Source: Chitinophaga pinensis (GTDB taxonomy: Bacteria > Bacteroidota > Bacteroidia > SXHM01). From it: 64,000 nucleotides of DNA. This document shows, piece by piece, positions 38,080 to 47,703 of this stretch. Numbering within the stretch: position 1 is the first letter of the stretch; each line of letters opens with the position of its first letter. Position numbers and translations under genes: made by a program. The notes beneath the pieces were generated by a model. The model made no database searches, was not told the origin of the DNA, and saw only the letters and a program-made list of their open reading frames with translations. Location of the stretch: positions 245 to 64,244 of the forward strand of contig CAMDBK010000002.1 of assembly GCA_945889235.1 (NCBI GenBank), read 5' to 3'.

Positions 38080-38559
38080 CTAATGCAATGCTTTTTCAGA
38101 AATAACAATGCCATCTTCATCTGCATATAAAAAATGTCCCGGAATAAAATTCACGCCTGCAAAACGAACCGTAATGTTTGTTTGTCCTTCACCACGTTTT
38201 ACACTTTTCATCGGACAAGTTCCGATTGCTTTTACCCCAATATCAATTCCCGAAATTTCTTCACTGTCACGGATGCAGCCAAAGACAAGTATTCCCGCCC
38301 AGTTATTTTTTTTGGCAAGCACTCCAATTAATCCACCCACCAATGCGCAACGTTGTGAACCTCCGCCATCAACTACTAAAACTTTTTCTTGTCCGTTTTG
38401 TTCAAGGGCAGTTCTGACAAGACTATTATCTTCAAAAACTTTGACTGTAACAATCTCCCCGTTAAAGGTTTTTCTTCCGCCAAAATCATTAAAAATGTCG
38501 TCAGCAATTTGAAGCTTTTCTATGTGTTCATCACACAAATCAGCTGTTTTAACACTCAT
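38080..38559 (-). CDS. rraA: RraA family protein (RNase E regulator / HMG-CHA aldolase fold)
   Basis: TADLCDE...FGGR..F.G.I.TVK.FEDN..V...L...G...[14 protein letters not shown] are canonical RraA motifs. Confidence 0.85.
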   Translation of the reverse strand: MSVKTADLCDEHIEKLQIADDIFNDFGGRKTFNGEIVTVKVFEDNSLVRTALEQNGQEKVLVVDGGGSQRCALVGGLIGVLAKKNNWAGILVFGCIRDSEEISGIDIGVKAIGTCPMKSVKRGEGQTNITVRFAGVNFIPGHFLYADEDGIVISEKALH

Positions 38560-38651
38560 TATAAATTTTTTTTACCGTGCGAAAATACAAAAAGCAAAAT
38601 CAGGGAGTTAATTCAAATTCAAAACAAATTGGTTTTATGCGGTTTCTGACT

Positions 38652-38659
38652 TATATTTG
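38652..38659 (+). promoter_or_regulatory. Candidate -7 box (TATATTTG)
   Basis: TAnnTTTG match. Its last base is the G of the track's GTG start, which argues for the downstream TTG start at 38701. Confidence 0.45.
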
Positions 38660-38700
38660 TGCACAATGTTTCTAATTACAATTTATTAAGGGAGTACATT

Positions 38701-41700
38701 TTGAAAGCAAAATTAGTTCTCGCTTTTAGTATCTGCCTTGGCTTTCAGTCATTTTATTCAGTAAATGCACAAACTGGTTGTGATATTGCAGCAATCAGAG
38801 CAGCATTTGCAGCTCCCGGCTACTATACAGAATTAACCGGTGTTGCGGGGCAACCCTGCAGCATGTATTTCATTAATAATCTTTCACAAGATGCTGCAAC
38901 CAGCGAAGCGCAGGCGCAGACATTGGGTGCACACACTGTAGTATTTAATGATGCTGCCGAAAACACCAATGTTGTTGCAGCACTGAATGCAATCGGTTTT
39001 CCGGGTGGCTCTGTTTGGATTGGTTATCACCGAACAGGAACAGGTGCGGGTACTTTTTATGCATTAGATGGAACAACAGGTAATTTTCCTGTACCTTCAG
39101 GAGGAGGGGTTTATCAAAATTGGGCAGGGGGTGAGCCAAATAATAATGGGTATCAGTCAGGGTGCTTTCCATGGTTTGACTGTGGTTCTTGTAGTGATTC
39201 ATATCGTTGTGACTGGGGCGAACAATGTGTTCAGATTTATTCAGATGGGCAATGGAATGATTTACCTTGCGACCGTACAAGCATTTCATTAATTGAGGTT
39301 AACCTTTGCCCCCAAACTACTGCTGATCCCGATATTACAATCTGTGAGGGAGATCCTTTAACACTAAACACTTCTAATTCTTTATTGGGTTCTGGCCCAT
39401 ATACTTATTCTTGGGCACCAACTTTATTTATACCCAGCCCAAATACCCAGAGTGTAGATGCATACCCTGATGTAACCACAACATTTACTGTGACTACAAC
39501 AGATCGTTACACCTGTCAAGGAACTTCAGACATGATAGTAACGGTAAATCCTGCACCTACACCTGATGCAGGGCCTGATGTTACTATTTGTCCGGGTTCA
39601 TCAACTCAACTTAACGCTTCTGGAGGTGCAACTTATTCATGGGCTCCAACAACAGGTTTAAGCAACCCTAACATTGCAAATCCAATTGCCTCCCCTGCAA
39701 GCACAACTGCTTACTTTGTTACTGTTACTGCCGCAGGCGGCTGTACTCAGGTAGATTTTGTTACAGTGTCAGTTTCAATGGTTCTAAATGTAAATGCTGG
39801 TGCAGATGCATCATCTTGTGCAGGACAAGGAACAACATTAAACGCAACCGGTGCAACTAATTATACATGGACGCCAGCAACAGGACTTAGCGATCCGAAT
39901 ATTTTTAATCCTGTTGCTGCTCCGGCAACAACAACAACCTACACAGTTACAGGCACTGATGGAAATGGTTGTTCTGGTACAGATGCTGTAGTAGTTACTG
40001 TTAACAATGCCCCCACGGCAAATGCAGGAGCTGATGCTGCTGTTTGCGTTGGATTATCAACTACGCTAAATGGTACAGGTGGTGTTTCATATTCATGGTC
40101 ACCGGTAGCAGGATTAAGCGACCCTGCTATATTTAACCCTGTTGCTACTTCTGCTGCAACAACAACGTATACACTTACCGTAACAGATGCAAACGGTTGT
40201 ACAGATACTGATGATATGATTGTAACGGTTAATCCGTTGCCTCCTGCTTCTGCGGGGCCAGATATGCCTGTTTGCACAGGGTCTTCAGTAACGATTACTG
40301 CATCGGGCGGAACACAATATTTATGGACTCCTGTTACTGAACTTAGCAATGCGAATGTAGCTGCTCCGGTTTGCACTCCAACTGCTGCCAGAACTTATAC
40401 TGTAACTGTTACTGATGTTAACGGATGCGTTGCTACCGATGATATGGATGTAACAATTAACCCGCTACCGATTGCTAATGCCGGTGCTGATGTAACAATT
40501 TGCCAGAATTCAACAACTACACTTGGAGCTTCAGGTGGTGTAAGTTATTCATGGAGTCCGGTTACAGGATTAAGTGATCCATTAATAGTTAATCCGGATG
40601 CAAGTCCTGCTGCTACTACTACTTATACGGTAACTGCAACCGATGCAAATTCATGTTCTTCAACAGATGATGTGGATGTGATTGTTACTCCATCTGCTCC
40701 GGTTAATGCGGGAATTGATGGAGAAGCCTGCCTAGGAGGTTCTGTTTCCCTGAGTGCTACAGGAAACGGAGTATCGTTTTCATGGAGTCCTGCATTGGGA
40801 TTAGACAACGCTAATATTGCGACACCTGTTGCGACACCTGCAAGCACTACACAATATACTGTTACCATGACGGATGCTAATAACTGCACCAGCTCGGATG
40901 ATGTAACAGTAACTATTAATCCAATTCCTGTGGCTGCTTTTTCTGCAGCTTCGGTTTGCAATGGTATACCAACAGTTTTTACAAATCAAAGTACTGTTAG
41001 TTCGGGAACTATAGCCACCTATAACTGGGATTTTGGTGATGGTAATACTTCAGCAGTAACAAGCCCAAGCAACACGTATTCACTTCCGGGAACTTATTCT
41101 GTTCAGCTTGATATTGTTTCTGATAAAGGCTGCGTGAATTCAACTACACAAAATATTACAGTTTATCCGTTACCGGTTGTGGATTTTGAAGCGGTACCGA
41201 CAAGTGGTTGTGCACCGCTGGATGTACAATTGAATGACCTCAGCACCATTGCATCGGGCAATAATGTTTCGTGGTTGTGGAATATTGAATCAGTGGGAAC
41301 AGTGAATGGGCAAACTACCTCACAAAGCTTTTCAAATGTAGGCTTGTATGATGTTACATTAACAGTTACTTCTGATCAAGGCTGCCAAACTATACTGACA
41401 CAAACTGATTTTATTACGGTTGATCCAAAACCTGTGGCTCAGTTTTTTGCTAATCCTGATTACACCGAAATACTTTATCCGGAAGTTGTTTTTACAGACC
41501 TTTCAACAGGTGCTCCAACTCAATGGAACTGGGATTTCGGAACAGGTGATGTTTCTACAGTGCAAAGCCCAACATATAGCTTTCCTGATACAGGAGTTTT
41601 TACTGTTCTTCTGGAAATTTTCAATCAGTATGGATGCAGCGATACAGTAAGTCACACCGTTGTTATTACTCCGTCATTCACTATTTATGTTCCTAATGCT

Positions 41701-41955
41701 TTTACTCCCGATGGCGATGGAATAAATGATGTTTTTCTGCCAAAAGGAATGGGCTGGAGAGATTATGAACTGCGGGTTTACAGCCGTTCCGGAACCCAGA
41801 TTTTCAGCACTTTTGACCCTTTAGAAGGTTGGGACGGAACTGTAAATCATAAAGGAAAAATTACCATAGCCGATGTATATGTTTGGCGCATTTATGTGCG
41901 AGACAAAAATAATCGCAAACAGGATTATAAGGGAATTGTTACGCTGGTGAGATAA
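38701..41955 (+). CDS. T9SS-secreted adhesin: C-type lectin domain + 7 tandem approx 80-aa Ig-like repeats + 3 PKD domains + type-B (gliding-motility-associated) C-terminal domain
   Basis: Signal peptide (M)KAKLVLAFSICLGFQSFYSVNAQ from an in-frame TTG. CTLD motifs EPN (39133-39141) and WND (39253-39261). Repeats follow the pattern AGxDxxxCxGxSxxLxAxGGxxYSWSPxxGLS. WDFGDG PKD motifs. The C-terminal VPNAFTPDGDGINDVF...W is the type-B T9SS CTD. Confidence 0.85.
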   Translation: MKAKLVLAFSICLGFQSFYSVNAQTGCDIAAIRAAFAAPGYYTELTGVAGQPCSMYFINNLSQDAATSEAQAQTLGAHTVVFNDAAENTNVVAALNAIGFPGGSVWIGYHRTGTGAGTFYALDGTTGNFPVPSGGGVYQNWAGGEPNNNGYQSGCFPWFDCGSCSDSYRCDWGEQCVQIYSDGQWNDLPCDRTSISLIEVNLCPQTTADPDITICEGDPLTLNTSNSLLGSGPYTYSWAPTLFIPSPNTQSVDAYPDVTTTFTVTTTDRYTCQGTSDMIVTVNPAPTPDAGPDVTICPGSSTQLNASGGATYSWAPTTGLSNPNIANPIASPASTTAYFVTVTAAGGCTQVDFVTVSVSMVLNVNAGADASSCAGQGTTLNATGATNYTWTPATGLSDPNIFNPVAAPATTTTYTVTGTDGNGCSGTDAVVVTVNNAPTANAGADAAVCVGLSTTLNGTGGVSYSWSPVAGLSDPAIFNPVATSAATTTYTLTVTDANGCTDTDDMIVTVNPLPPASAGPDMPVCTGSSVTITASGGTQYLWTPVTELSNANVAAPVCTPTAARTYTVTVTDVNGCVATDDMDVTINPLPIANAGADVTICQNSTTTLGASGGVSYSWSPVTGLSDPLIVNPDASPAATTTYTVTATDANSCSSTDDVDVIVTPSAPVNAGIDGEACLGGSVSLSATGNGVSFSWSPALGLDNANIATPVATPASTTQYTVTMTDANNCTSSDDVTVTINPIPVAAFSAASVCNGIPTVFTNQSTVSSGTIATYNWDFGDGNTSAVTSPSNTYSLPGTYSVQLDIVSDKGCVNSTTQNITVYPLPVVDFEAVPTSGCAPLDVQLNDLSTIASGNNVSWLWNIESVGTVNGQTTSQSFSNVGLYDVTLTVTSDQGCQTILTQTDFITVDPKPVAQFFANPDYTEILYPEVVFTDLSTGAPTQWNWDFGTGDVSTVQSPTYSFPDTGVFTVLLEIFNQYGCSDTVSHTVVITPSFTIYVPNAFTPDGDGINDVFLPKGMGWRDYELRVYSRSGTQIFSTFDPLEGWDGTVNHKGKITIADVYVWRIYVRDKNNRKQDYKGIVTLVR

Positions 41956-41997
41956 AGCCTCATCCCCGACCCTTCTCCAAAGGAGAAGGGAGCAGAG
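41956..41997. repeat. GEG-type palindromic element, intergenic copy between convergent genes
   Basis: agcctcatccccgacccttctccaaaggagaagggagcagag. Stem of 9 bp, CCCTTCTCC-aaa-GGAGAAGGG. It differs by one base from 49272-49312. Confidence 0.85.
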
Positions 41998-41999
41998 TT

Positions 42000-43337
42000 T
42001 TACAACAACTCATTCGCCAAATTCGCCAACTCACTTCTCTCACCTTTCTCTAACGTAATGTGCGCGCAAATCGGGTGATTGCGGATTTTATCTATCAGGT
42101 AAGAAAGCCCGTTACTCTGCGTATCTAAGTAAGGCGTATCAATCTGAAAAATATCACCGGTAAAAATAATTTTGGTGTTTTCACCAGCGCGGGTAATAAT
42201 GGTTTTTACTTCGTGCGGAGTAAGATTTTGTGCTTCATCCACAATAAAGAAAATATTGGAAAGGCTGCGCCCGCGAATGTATGCAAGTGGTGTGATGACT
42301 AATTTTTCGTTATCCACCAAATCCTGAATTTTTTTGAATTCTTTCCCACCTTCAGGAAACTGGTTCTGAATAAATTTCAGATTATCCCACAGCGGTTCCA
42401 TGTATGGATTGATTTTAGATTTGATGTCGCCCGGCAGAAAACCAATGTCTTTATTACTAAGCGGAACAATTGGTCGCGCTAAATAAATCTGGCGGAATTC
42501 CCTTTTTTGCTCCAGCGCACCTGCCAGTGCCAGTAATGTTTTTCCGGTTCCTGCAACACCTTGTATAGTTACTAAACTAATGCGCGGATTCATAATTGCA
42601 TTCAATGCAAAAACCTGTTCTGCATTCAATGCTTTAACTCCAAACGCACTGTTTTTTTCAACGCGATCCAGCATTTTTGATTCCGGATTATAGCAAGTCA
42701 TTGCTGACGTTTTTCCGTTGCGCAAAATGTAGTAGTGATTGTTGAGCGGCTCTTTTATTCCCGCTTCTTCTGCTTCACAACTTCCGGTTTCGTAAACTTT
42801 ATTGATTGCTTCGGTGGTGCTTTTTTCAACAATTGTTCTGCCGGTGTAAAGCGTATCAACATTTTTTATTTTTCCTGTTTCAAAATCTTCCGCGGGAAGA
42901 TTTAATGATTTTGCTTTTAGGCGAAGATTGATGTCTTTTGAAACCAGAATTACTTTGCGATCAGGAAATTCATTCATCAGTGACAAAGCTGAATTCAGAA
43001 TTTTGTGATCAGCTTTTTTCTCGCCAAAAATTTTGTCGGCATCTACGGTGCTGTACCCGTTCATCACTACTTTAAACTTTCCTTTTTTGTCGGAACCATT
43101 CAGGTTTACCCACTCCTGCAACGTGTGGTGTTCAGAGAGTCCATCCACCATGCGAATAAATTCGCGGGCAGAAAAATTCTTCATGTCATTGCCCTTTTTG
43201 AAGTTGTCTAACTCCTCAAGAACTGTTATTGGAATAGCGACATCATGTTCCTGAAAACTTTGGATTGCATTGTGGTCGTAGAGGATTACTGATGTGTCGA
43301 GGACGAATATTTTTTTGTTTTTGTCTTTTGGCGGCAT
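42000..43337 (-). CDS. PhoH2-type protein (N-terminal PIN domain + PhoH ATPase)
   Basis: FVLDTSVILYD (PIN) and GVAGTGKT Walker A plus the PhoH C-terminal region. I moved the start to MPPKDKNKKIF. Confidence 0.85.
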   Translation of the reverse strand: MPPKDKNKKIFVLDTSVILYDHNAIQSFQEHDVAIPITVLEELDNFKKGNDMKNFSAREFIRMVDGLSEHHTLQEWVNLNGSDKKGKFKVVMNGYSTVDADKIFGEKKADHKILNSALSLMNEFPDRKVILVSKDINLRLKAKSLNLPAEDFETGKIKNVDTLYTGRTIVEKSTTEAINKVYETGSCEAEEAGIKEPLNNHYYILRNGKTSAMTCYNPESKMLDRVEKNSAFGVKALNAEQVFALNAIMNPRISLVTIQGVAGTGKTLLALAGALEQKREFRQIYLARPIVPLSNKDIGFLPGDIKSKINPYMEPLWDNLKFIQNQFPEGGKEFKKIQDLVDNEKLVITPLAYIRGRSLSNIFFIVDEAQNLTPHEVKTIITRAGENTKIIFTGDIFQIDTPYLDTQSNGLSYLIDKIRNHPICAHITLEKGERSELANLANELL

Positions 43338-43447
43338 ACTCGATGCTGGGGGGATGGTACGCAACGAAAGTATGTTTTGGAATCACAGCAAAAAGAATCA
43401 ATCGACTCGATTTTTAAACAAGTTACTGTTACTAAATATTTTTTCGG

Positions 43448-44647
43448 TCAGAATAAAAACTTTTCGAACGGGTAACGCTTTACGTGAATCGTTTTTACCT
43501 GCGCGTAAATTTTCTCTTTGAATTCATCTATGTTTATTTTTTTTTCGGCAGAAATAAAAACACAATTATTTCCCAGTCGCGACATCCAGCTTTCACGTAA
43601 ATCATCTAATGATAGATTCTCTTTTGTTGCCGGCAATAAATCATCTTCCTCTTTTTTTGTGTAAGTAAATGCATCAATTTTATTGAACACCACAATCACC
43701 TCTTTATCCTTTGCGCCAATCTCAATCAACGTTTCATTCACTACACGCATCTGGTCTTCAAACTCAGGATGTGAAATATCAACAACATGCAACAACACAT
43801 CGGCTTCACGCACTTCATCCAATGTTGATTTAAATGATTCCACCAATTGGTGAGGCAGTTTGCGGATAAAACCAACGGTGTCGGTCAGCAAGAAAGGAAG
43901 ATTCTCAATCACCACTTTTCTTACTGTTGTGTCAAGCGTTGCAAATAATTTATTTTCTGCAAACACTTCGCTCTTGCTCATCACATTCATGATGGTAGAT
44001 TTTCCAACGTTGGTGTAACCTACTAATGCAACACGCACCAAAGCACCGCGGTTCTTGCGTTGTGTGGCCATTTGTTTGTCAATGGTTTCTAATTTTTTCT
44101 TCAGCAGAACAATTTTATCGCGGATAATTCGCCTGTCAGTTTCAATTTCTGATTCACCGGGACCGCGCATTCCGATACCACCTTTTTGTCGTTCCAGGTG
44201 AGTCCACATACGTGTTAATCGCGGAAGCAGATATTCGTATTGGGCAAGTTCCACCTGGGTTCTGGCATGTGCAGTTTGCGCGTGTGCAGCAAAAATATCA
44301 AGGATAAGATTGTTGCGGTCAAGAATTCTGCACTCCAGAATTTTTTCAATATTCCGTAATTGCGAAGGACTTAATTCATCATCAAAAATGGCGATATCGA
44401 TTCCATTTTCTTTGATATAGTTTTTTATCTCATTTATTTTTCCTGAGCCAAGAAACGTTGCAGAATCAGGTTTATCCATTTTCTGAGTAAACCGTTTTAC
44501 TGGCAATGCTCCGGCAGTTTCGGTGAGGAAAGCAAGTTCATCCATGTATTCTTTCACCTTCTTTTCATTCTGATGTTGATTAATCATTCCGATAAGAATA
44601 GCGGACTCTTGCTTTTTTGCTGTATCAAATAATTGTTTCTTGCTCAT
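43448..44647 (-). CDS. hflX: GTPase HflX
   Basis: HflX N-domain, then G-motifs (GYTNVGKST, DTVGF, NKID). The start MSKKQLF is supported by a -7 box at 44664-44671. Confidence 0.9.
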   Translation of the reverse strand: MSKKQLFDTAKKQESAILIGMINQHQNEKKVKEYMDELAFLTETAGALPVKRFTQKMDKPDSATFLGSGKINEIKNYIKENGIDIAIFDDELSPSQLRNIEKILECRILDRNNLILDIFAAHAQTAHARTQVELAQYEYLLPRLTRMWTHLERQKGGIGMRGPGESEIETDRRIIRDKIVLLKKKLETIDKQMATQRKNRGALVRVALVGYTNVGKSTIMNVMSKSEVFAENKLFATLDTTVRKVVIENLPFLLTDTVGFIRKLPHQLVESFKSTLDEVREADVLLHVVDISHPEFEDQMRVVNETLIEIGAKDKEVIVVFNKIDAFTYTKKEEDDLLPATKENLSLDDLRESWMSRLGNNCVFISAEKKINIDEFKEKIYAQVKTIHVKRYPFEKFLF

Positions 44648-44663
44648 TTTATTTTGTGGCCGA

Positions 44664-44671
44664 CAAAAATA
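44664..44671 (-). promoter_or_regulatory. Candidate -7 box (CAAAAATA on + strand)
   Basis: Reverse-complement TATTTTTG matches TAnnTTTG, 17 nt upstream of the hflX ATG. Confidence 0.45.
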
Positions 44672-44741
44672 GACATTTAAGATTTTAACATTATTTAATA
44701 ATTCCTGAAAGCAGCAATCAGTCACATTACAAGCTAATGAT

Positions 44742-44749
44742 TAAATTTG
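44742..44749 (+). promoter_or_regulatory. Candidate -7 box (TAAATTTG)
   Basis: TAnnTTTG match. It lies inside the track's N-terminal extension, which favours the ATG at 44791. Confidence 0.45.
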
Positions 44750-44790
44750 CCGCCAATTCTAAAAAAGCTAATGCTTTTAATACCCAAAAG

Positions 44791-46218
44791 ATGAATCAAA
44801 AAATTCAAAAAATAGTTCTGGTTGTTTTTACCTTTTTATCGTTTAAGGTAAATGCGCAGGAAACATGGTCGATACAGAAGTGCATTGAGTATGCGCTTGA
44901 AAATAATATCTCCGTAAAACAAAATGAACTGAATGCTGATCTGGCAAAAGAAAATTATAACCAGAGTATCGCAAACCTGCTTCCATCGCTGAATGCAGGA
45001 GCATCACACTCCTACAACTGGGGACAACGTATTGACCCGTTTACTAATCAGTTTGCAACCAACCGCGTTCGTTCAAACAATTTTTTTCTTGGTTCGCAGG
45101 TAACACTTTTCAGTGGGATGCAATTGCAAAACACGCTTCAGCAAAATAGTTTAAACTATCTCGCAGGCAAGTATGATGTGGACAAGATGAAGAACGATAT
45201 TGCATTGAATGTTGCAACCTCTTACCTTAATGTATTGTTTGCTGAGGAATTGTTGACTGTTGCAAAAAATCAAAAACAAATAACAGAAACTCAGGTTAGC
45301 CGCACACAAAAATTAGTAGATGCCGGTTCTGTTTCGCAGGGAAGTTTGCTTGATCTTGAAGCACAACTTGCTGCTGATGAGTTGCAAATAATAAATTATG
45401 AGAATCAGTTGAACATGGCGAACCTCACACTTGTTCAACTCATGAACTTAGACAAGCCTCAAGGATTTCAAATCATGAGACCATTAGTTGAATTACCTGC
45501 TGACCCAACGCTGGCAAGCACGCCCGAACAAATTTATCAGTTTGCTGTAAATAACCAGCCTGTAATTAAAAGTGCTGAGACAAAAATTCTGAGTGCTGAC
45601 AGAGGTGTGAAAATTGCGAAAGGAACCAGCTATCCAAGTATTACTATGAGTGGTTCAATAGGAACAGGTTATTCAGGTTTAAGTAAAAAAGTAGTGGGTT
45701 ATGAATATGGAACACCAAGTATTATAGGATATACCGCTGACACTGTTGCTGTATATTCCATTGCTTCTTCCGTTGTTCCAATTCTTGAAAAAACACCATT
45801 TGGCGAACAGTTTAAAGACAACATAAATAAAAATTTAGGGTTCAATATGAACATCCCCATTTTCAACGGATGGCAAAGCCATAACTCTATAAGCCGCGCA
45901 AAAATTTCGCGACAGAATGCAGAGTTGACGCTTGAATTAAATAAGCAAAATCTGCAAAAAACAATTGAGCAGGCATTCTTGGATGCGCAGTCAGCACTGA
46001 AACAATATTACGCAACTAAAAAATCGGTTGATGCGCTGGAAAATGCTTTTTCGTATTCAGAGAAAAGATTTGATGTGGGAGCGCTGAACGGAACGGACTA
46101 TAATACAGCCAAAAACAAGCTTTCCAACGCTCAGGCAGATTTGCTCCGGAACAAGTACAACTTTATTTTCAAATCCAAAGTTCTGGATTTTTACATGGGC
46201 AAGCCGATTACGTTGTAA
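44791..46218 (+). CDS. TolC-family outer-membrane efflux protein
   Basis: Signal peptide MNQKIQKIVLVVFTFLSFKVNAQ and a duplicated OEP repeat pattern (L.L...I..AL.NN). Confidence 0.85.
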   Translation: MNQKIQKIVLVVFTFLSFKVNAQETWSIQKCIEYALENNISVKQNELNADLAKENYNQSIANLLPSLNAGASHSYNWGQRIDPFTNQFATNRVRSNNFFLGSQVTLFSGMQLQNTLQQNSLNYLAGKYDVDKMKNDIALNVATSYLNVLFAEELLTVAKNQKQITETQVSRTQKLVDAGSVSQGSLLDLEAQLAADELQIINYENQLNMANLTLVQLMNLDKPQGFQIMRPLVELPADPTLASTPEQIYQFAVNNQPVIKSAETKILSADRGVKIAKGTSYPSITMSGSIGTGYSGLSKKVVGYEYGTPSIIGYTADTVAVYSIASSVVPILEKTPFGEQFKDNINKNLGFNMNIPIFNGWQSHNSISRAKISRQNAELTLELNKQNLQKTIEQAFLDAQSALKQYYATKKSVDALENAFSYSEKRFDVGALNGTDYNTAKNKLSNAQADLLRNKYNFIFKSKVLDFYMGKPITL

Positions 46219-46257
46219 TCATCATTACATTTGCCTGCGGTTTAAAAAAATATTTTC

Positions 46258-47643
46258 ATGAAGAACAATAAACTTTTGATTGTTGCAGGTATTGCAACTG
46301 TCATTCTTATTATAGCTTTAGTCGTTGGAAAAAAGCAAGGCTGGCTTGGTAAAAGCGATGCCACTGAAGTGAGCATTGAAAAAGTTACCAAACGTACCAT
46401 CATTGAAACCGTTGCTGCCAGCGGAAAAGTTCAGCCTGAGGCGGAAGTAAAAATTTCGCCTGATGTTCCCGGAGAAATTATTGAACTTACTGTAAAGGAA
46501 GGCGACAAAGTAACCGCAGGACAATTGCTGGTGCGTATTGATCCGGATATTCAGCGTTCAAATGTTGAGCGTTTAGAAGCCGGTCTTAACACAGCAAAAG
46601 CATCGCTTGCTAACGCCAGATCACGGAAAGCGCAGGTTGATGCTCAGTTTACAAATGCAAAAGCATTATATGAACGCAACAAAAAACTGTATGAACAAAA
46701 AGTGCTTTCAGAGCAGGAATTTGATGCTGCAACTTCAACATATGAAGTAGCAAAAAACGAAGTGGAAGCCTCAAAGCAAAGTGCAAGTGGTGCTGAATTT
46801 AGCGTAAAAAGCGCACAGGCAGCCTTACAGGAAGCACAGAAAAATTTAACAAAGACCACAATTTTTTCGCCTGTGAACGGAACAATTTCTAAACTTTCGG
46901 TAGAGAAGGGGGAGCGTGTTGTAGGAACTTCACAAATGGCAGGAACAGAAATTATGACCATTGCCAACCTCAATGAAATGGAGGTTAATGTTGATGTAAA
47001 TGAAAATGATATTGTACGTGTTGGTATTGGTGACAGCGCAGAAATTGAAGTGGATGCCTACATCGGAAGAAAGTTTCGCGGAGTGGTTACAAGCATTGCT
47101 AATTCTGCAAATGTTACAGGTGCCTTGGTTGATCAGGTAACTAATTTTGAAGTGAAGATTCGTATTCTTCAAGAGTCATACAAAGATCTTGTGAACGAAA
47201 AACAACCTTTGCTTTCTCCCTTCCGTCCGGGAATGTCGGCAACGGTTGAGATACGAACTAAAATAGCTAAGGGAATTTTATCTGTACCCATTCAGGCTGT
47301 AACATCGCGGAGTGAAGGTGATACATTGGATTCAAAAGATAAGAAATTTAAAAAACAGGAATTTGCAGATGGAAATGAAGATATGCAACCCGAGAAAAAA
47401 ACAGTTGTAGAAGTGTTGGAAGATGTAAAAGAATGCGTGTTTGTTTTGGAAAACGGAAAAGCAAAACTTGTATATGTAAAAACGGGAGTTCAGGATAATA
47501 ATTACATTGAAATAATTTCAGGTTTACAGGAAAATACGGAAGTAATTACAGCTCCTTACAGTCAGGTTTCTAAACTATTGAAAGAAGGAGATGAAGTTCA
47601 GGTGGTGGAAGAAAAAGAACTTTACGGGAAAAAGAAAAAGTAA
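46258..47643 (+). CDS. Efflux periplasmic adaptor (HlyD/MFP family, MacA-like)
   Basis: N-terminal TM, a biotinyl-lipoyl-like motif (G.I.EL.VKEGD.V..GQLL), a long coiled coil, and beta-barrel domains. Confidence 0.85.
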   Translation: MKNNKLLIVAGIATVILIIALVVGKKQGWLGKSDATEVSIEKVTKRTIIETVAASGKVQPEAEVKISPDVPGEIIELTVKEGDKVTAGQLLVRIDPDIQRSNVERLEAGLNTAKASLANARSRKAQVDAQFTNAKALYERNKKLYEQKVLSEQEFDAATSTYEVAKNEVEASKQSASGAEFSVKSAQAALQEAQKNLTKTTIFSPVNGTISKLSVEKGERVVGTSQMAGTEIMTIANLNEMEVNVDVNENDIVRVGIGDSAEIEVDAYIGRKFRGVVTSIANSANVTGALVDQVTNFEVKIRILQESYKDLVNEKQPLLSPFRPGMSATVEIRTKIAKGILSVPIQAVTSRSEGDTLDSKDKKFKKQEFADGNEDMQPEKKTVVEVLEDVKECVFVLENGKAKLVYVKTGVQDNNYIEIISGLQENTEVITAPYSQVSKLLKEGDEVQVVEEKELYGKKKK

Positions 47644-47644
47644 T

Positions 47645-47678
47645 CACCCCTCTCCCAACCTCTCCCCCAAAGGGAGAG
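47645..47678. repeat. GEG-type palindromic element variant, immediately after the MFP stop codon
   Basis: cacccctctcccaacctctcccccaaagggagag, with a local 7-bp hairpin CTCTCCC/GGGAGAG. It is the inverted partner of 47780-47817. Confidence 0.85.
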
Positions 47679-47703
47679 AAGCAAAGAAATAAGAAATAAA
47701 TTT

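Noticed and set aside
37013-38512. Long antisense ORFs opposite lysS (37013..37636, 207 aa) and rraA (38108..38512, 134 aa)
   Set aside because: The sense strands encode full-length, highly conserved proteins. The antisense translations have no recognisable motifs.
38659-38700. GTG start at 38659 for the lectin adhesin
   Set aside because: The G of that codon is the last base of a TAnnTTTG -7 box. The in-frame TTG at 38701 gives a normal signal peptide.
39939-40961. Antisense ORFs (145 aa, 112 aa) inside the adhesin repeat region
   Set aside because: They are a by-product of the Thr/Ala/Gly/Val-rich tandem repeats, whose codons lack stops on the opposite strand.
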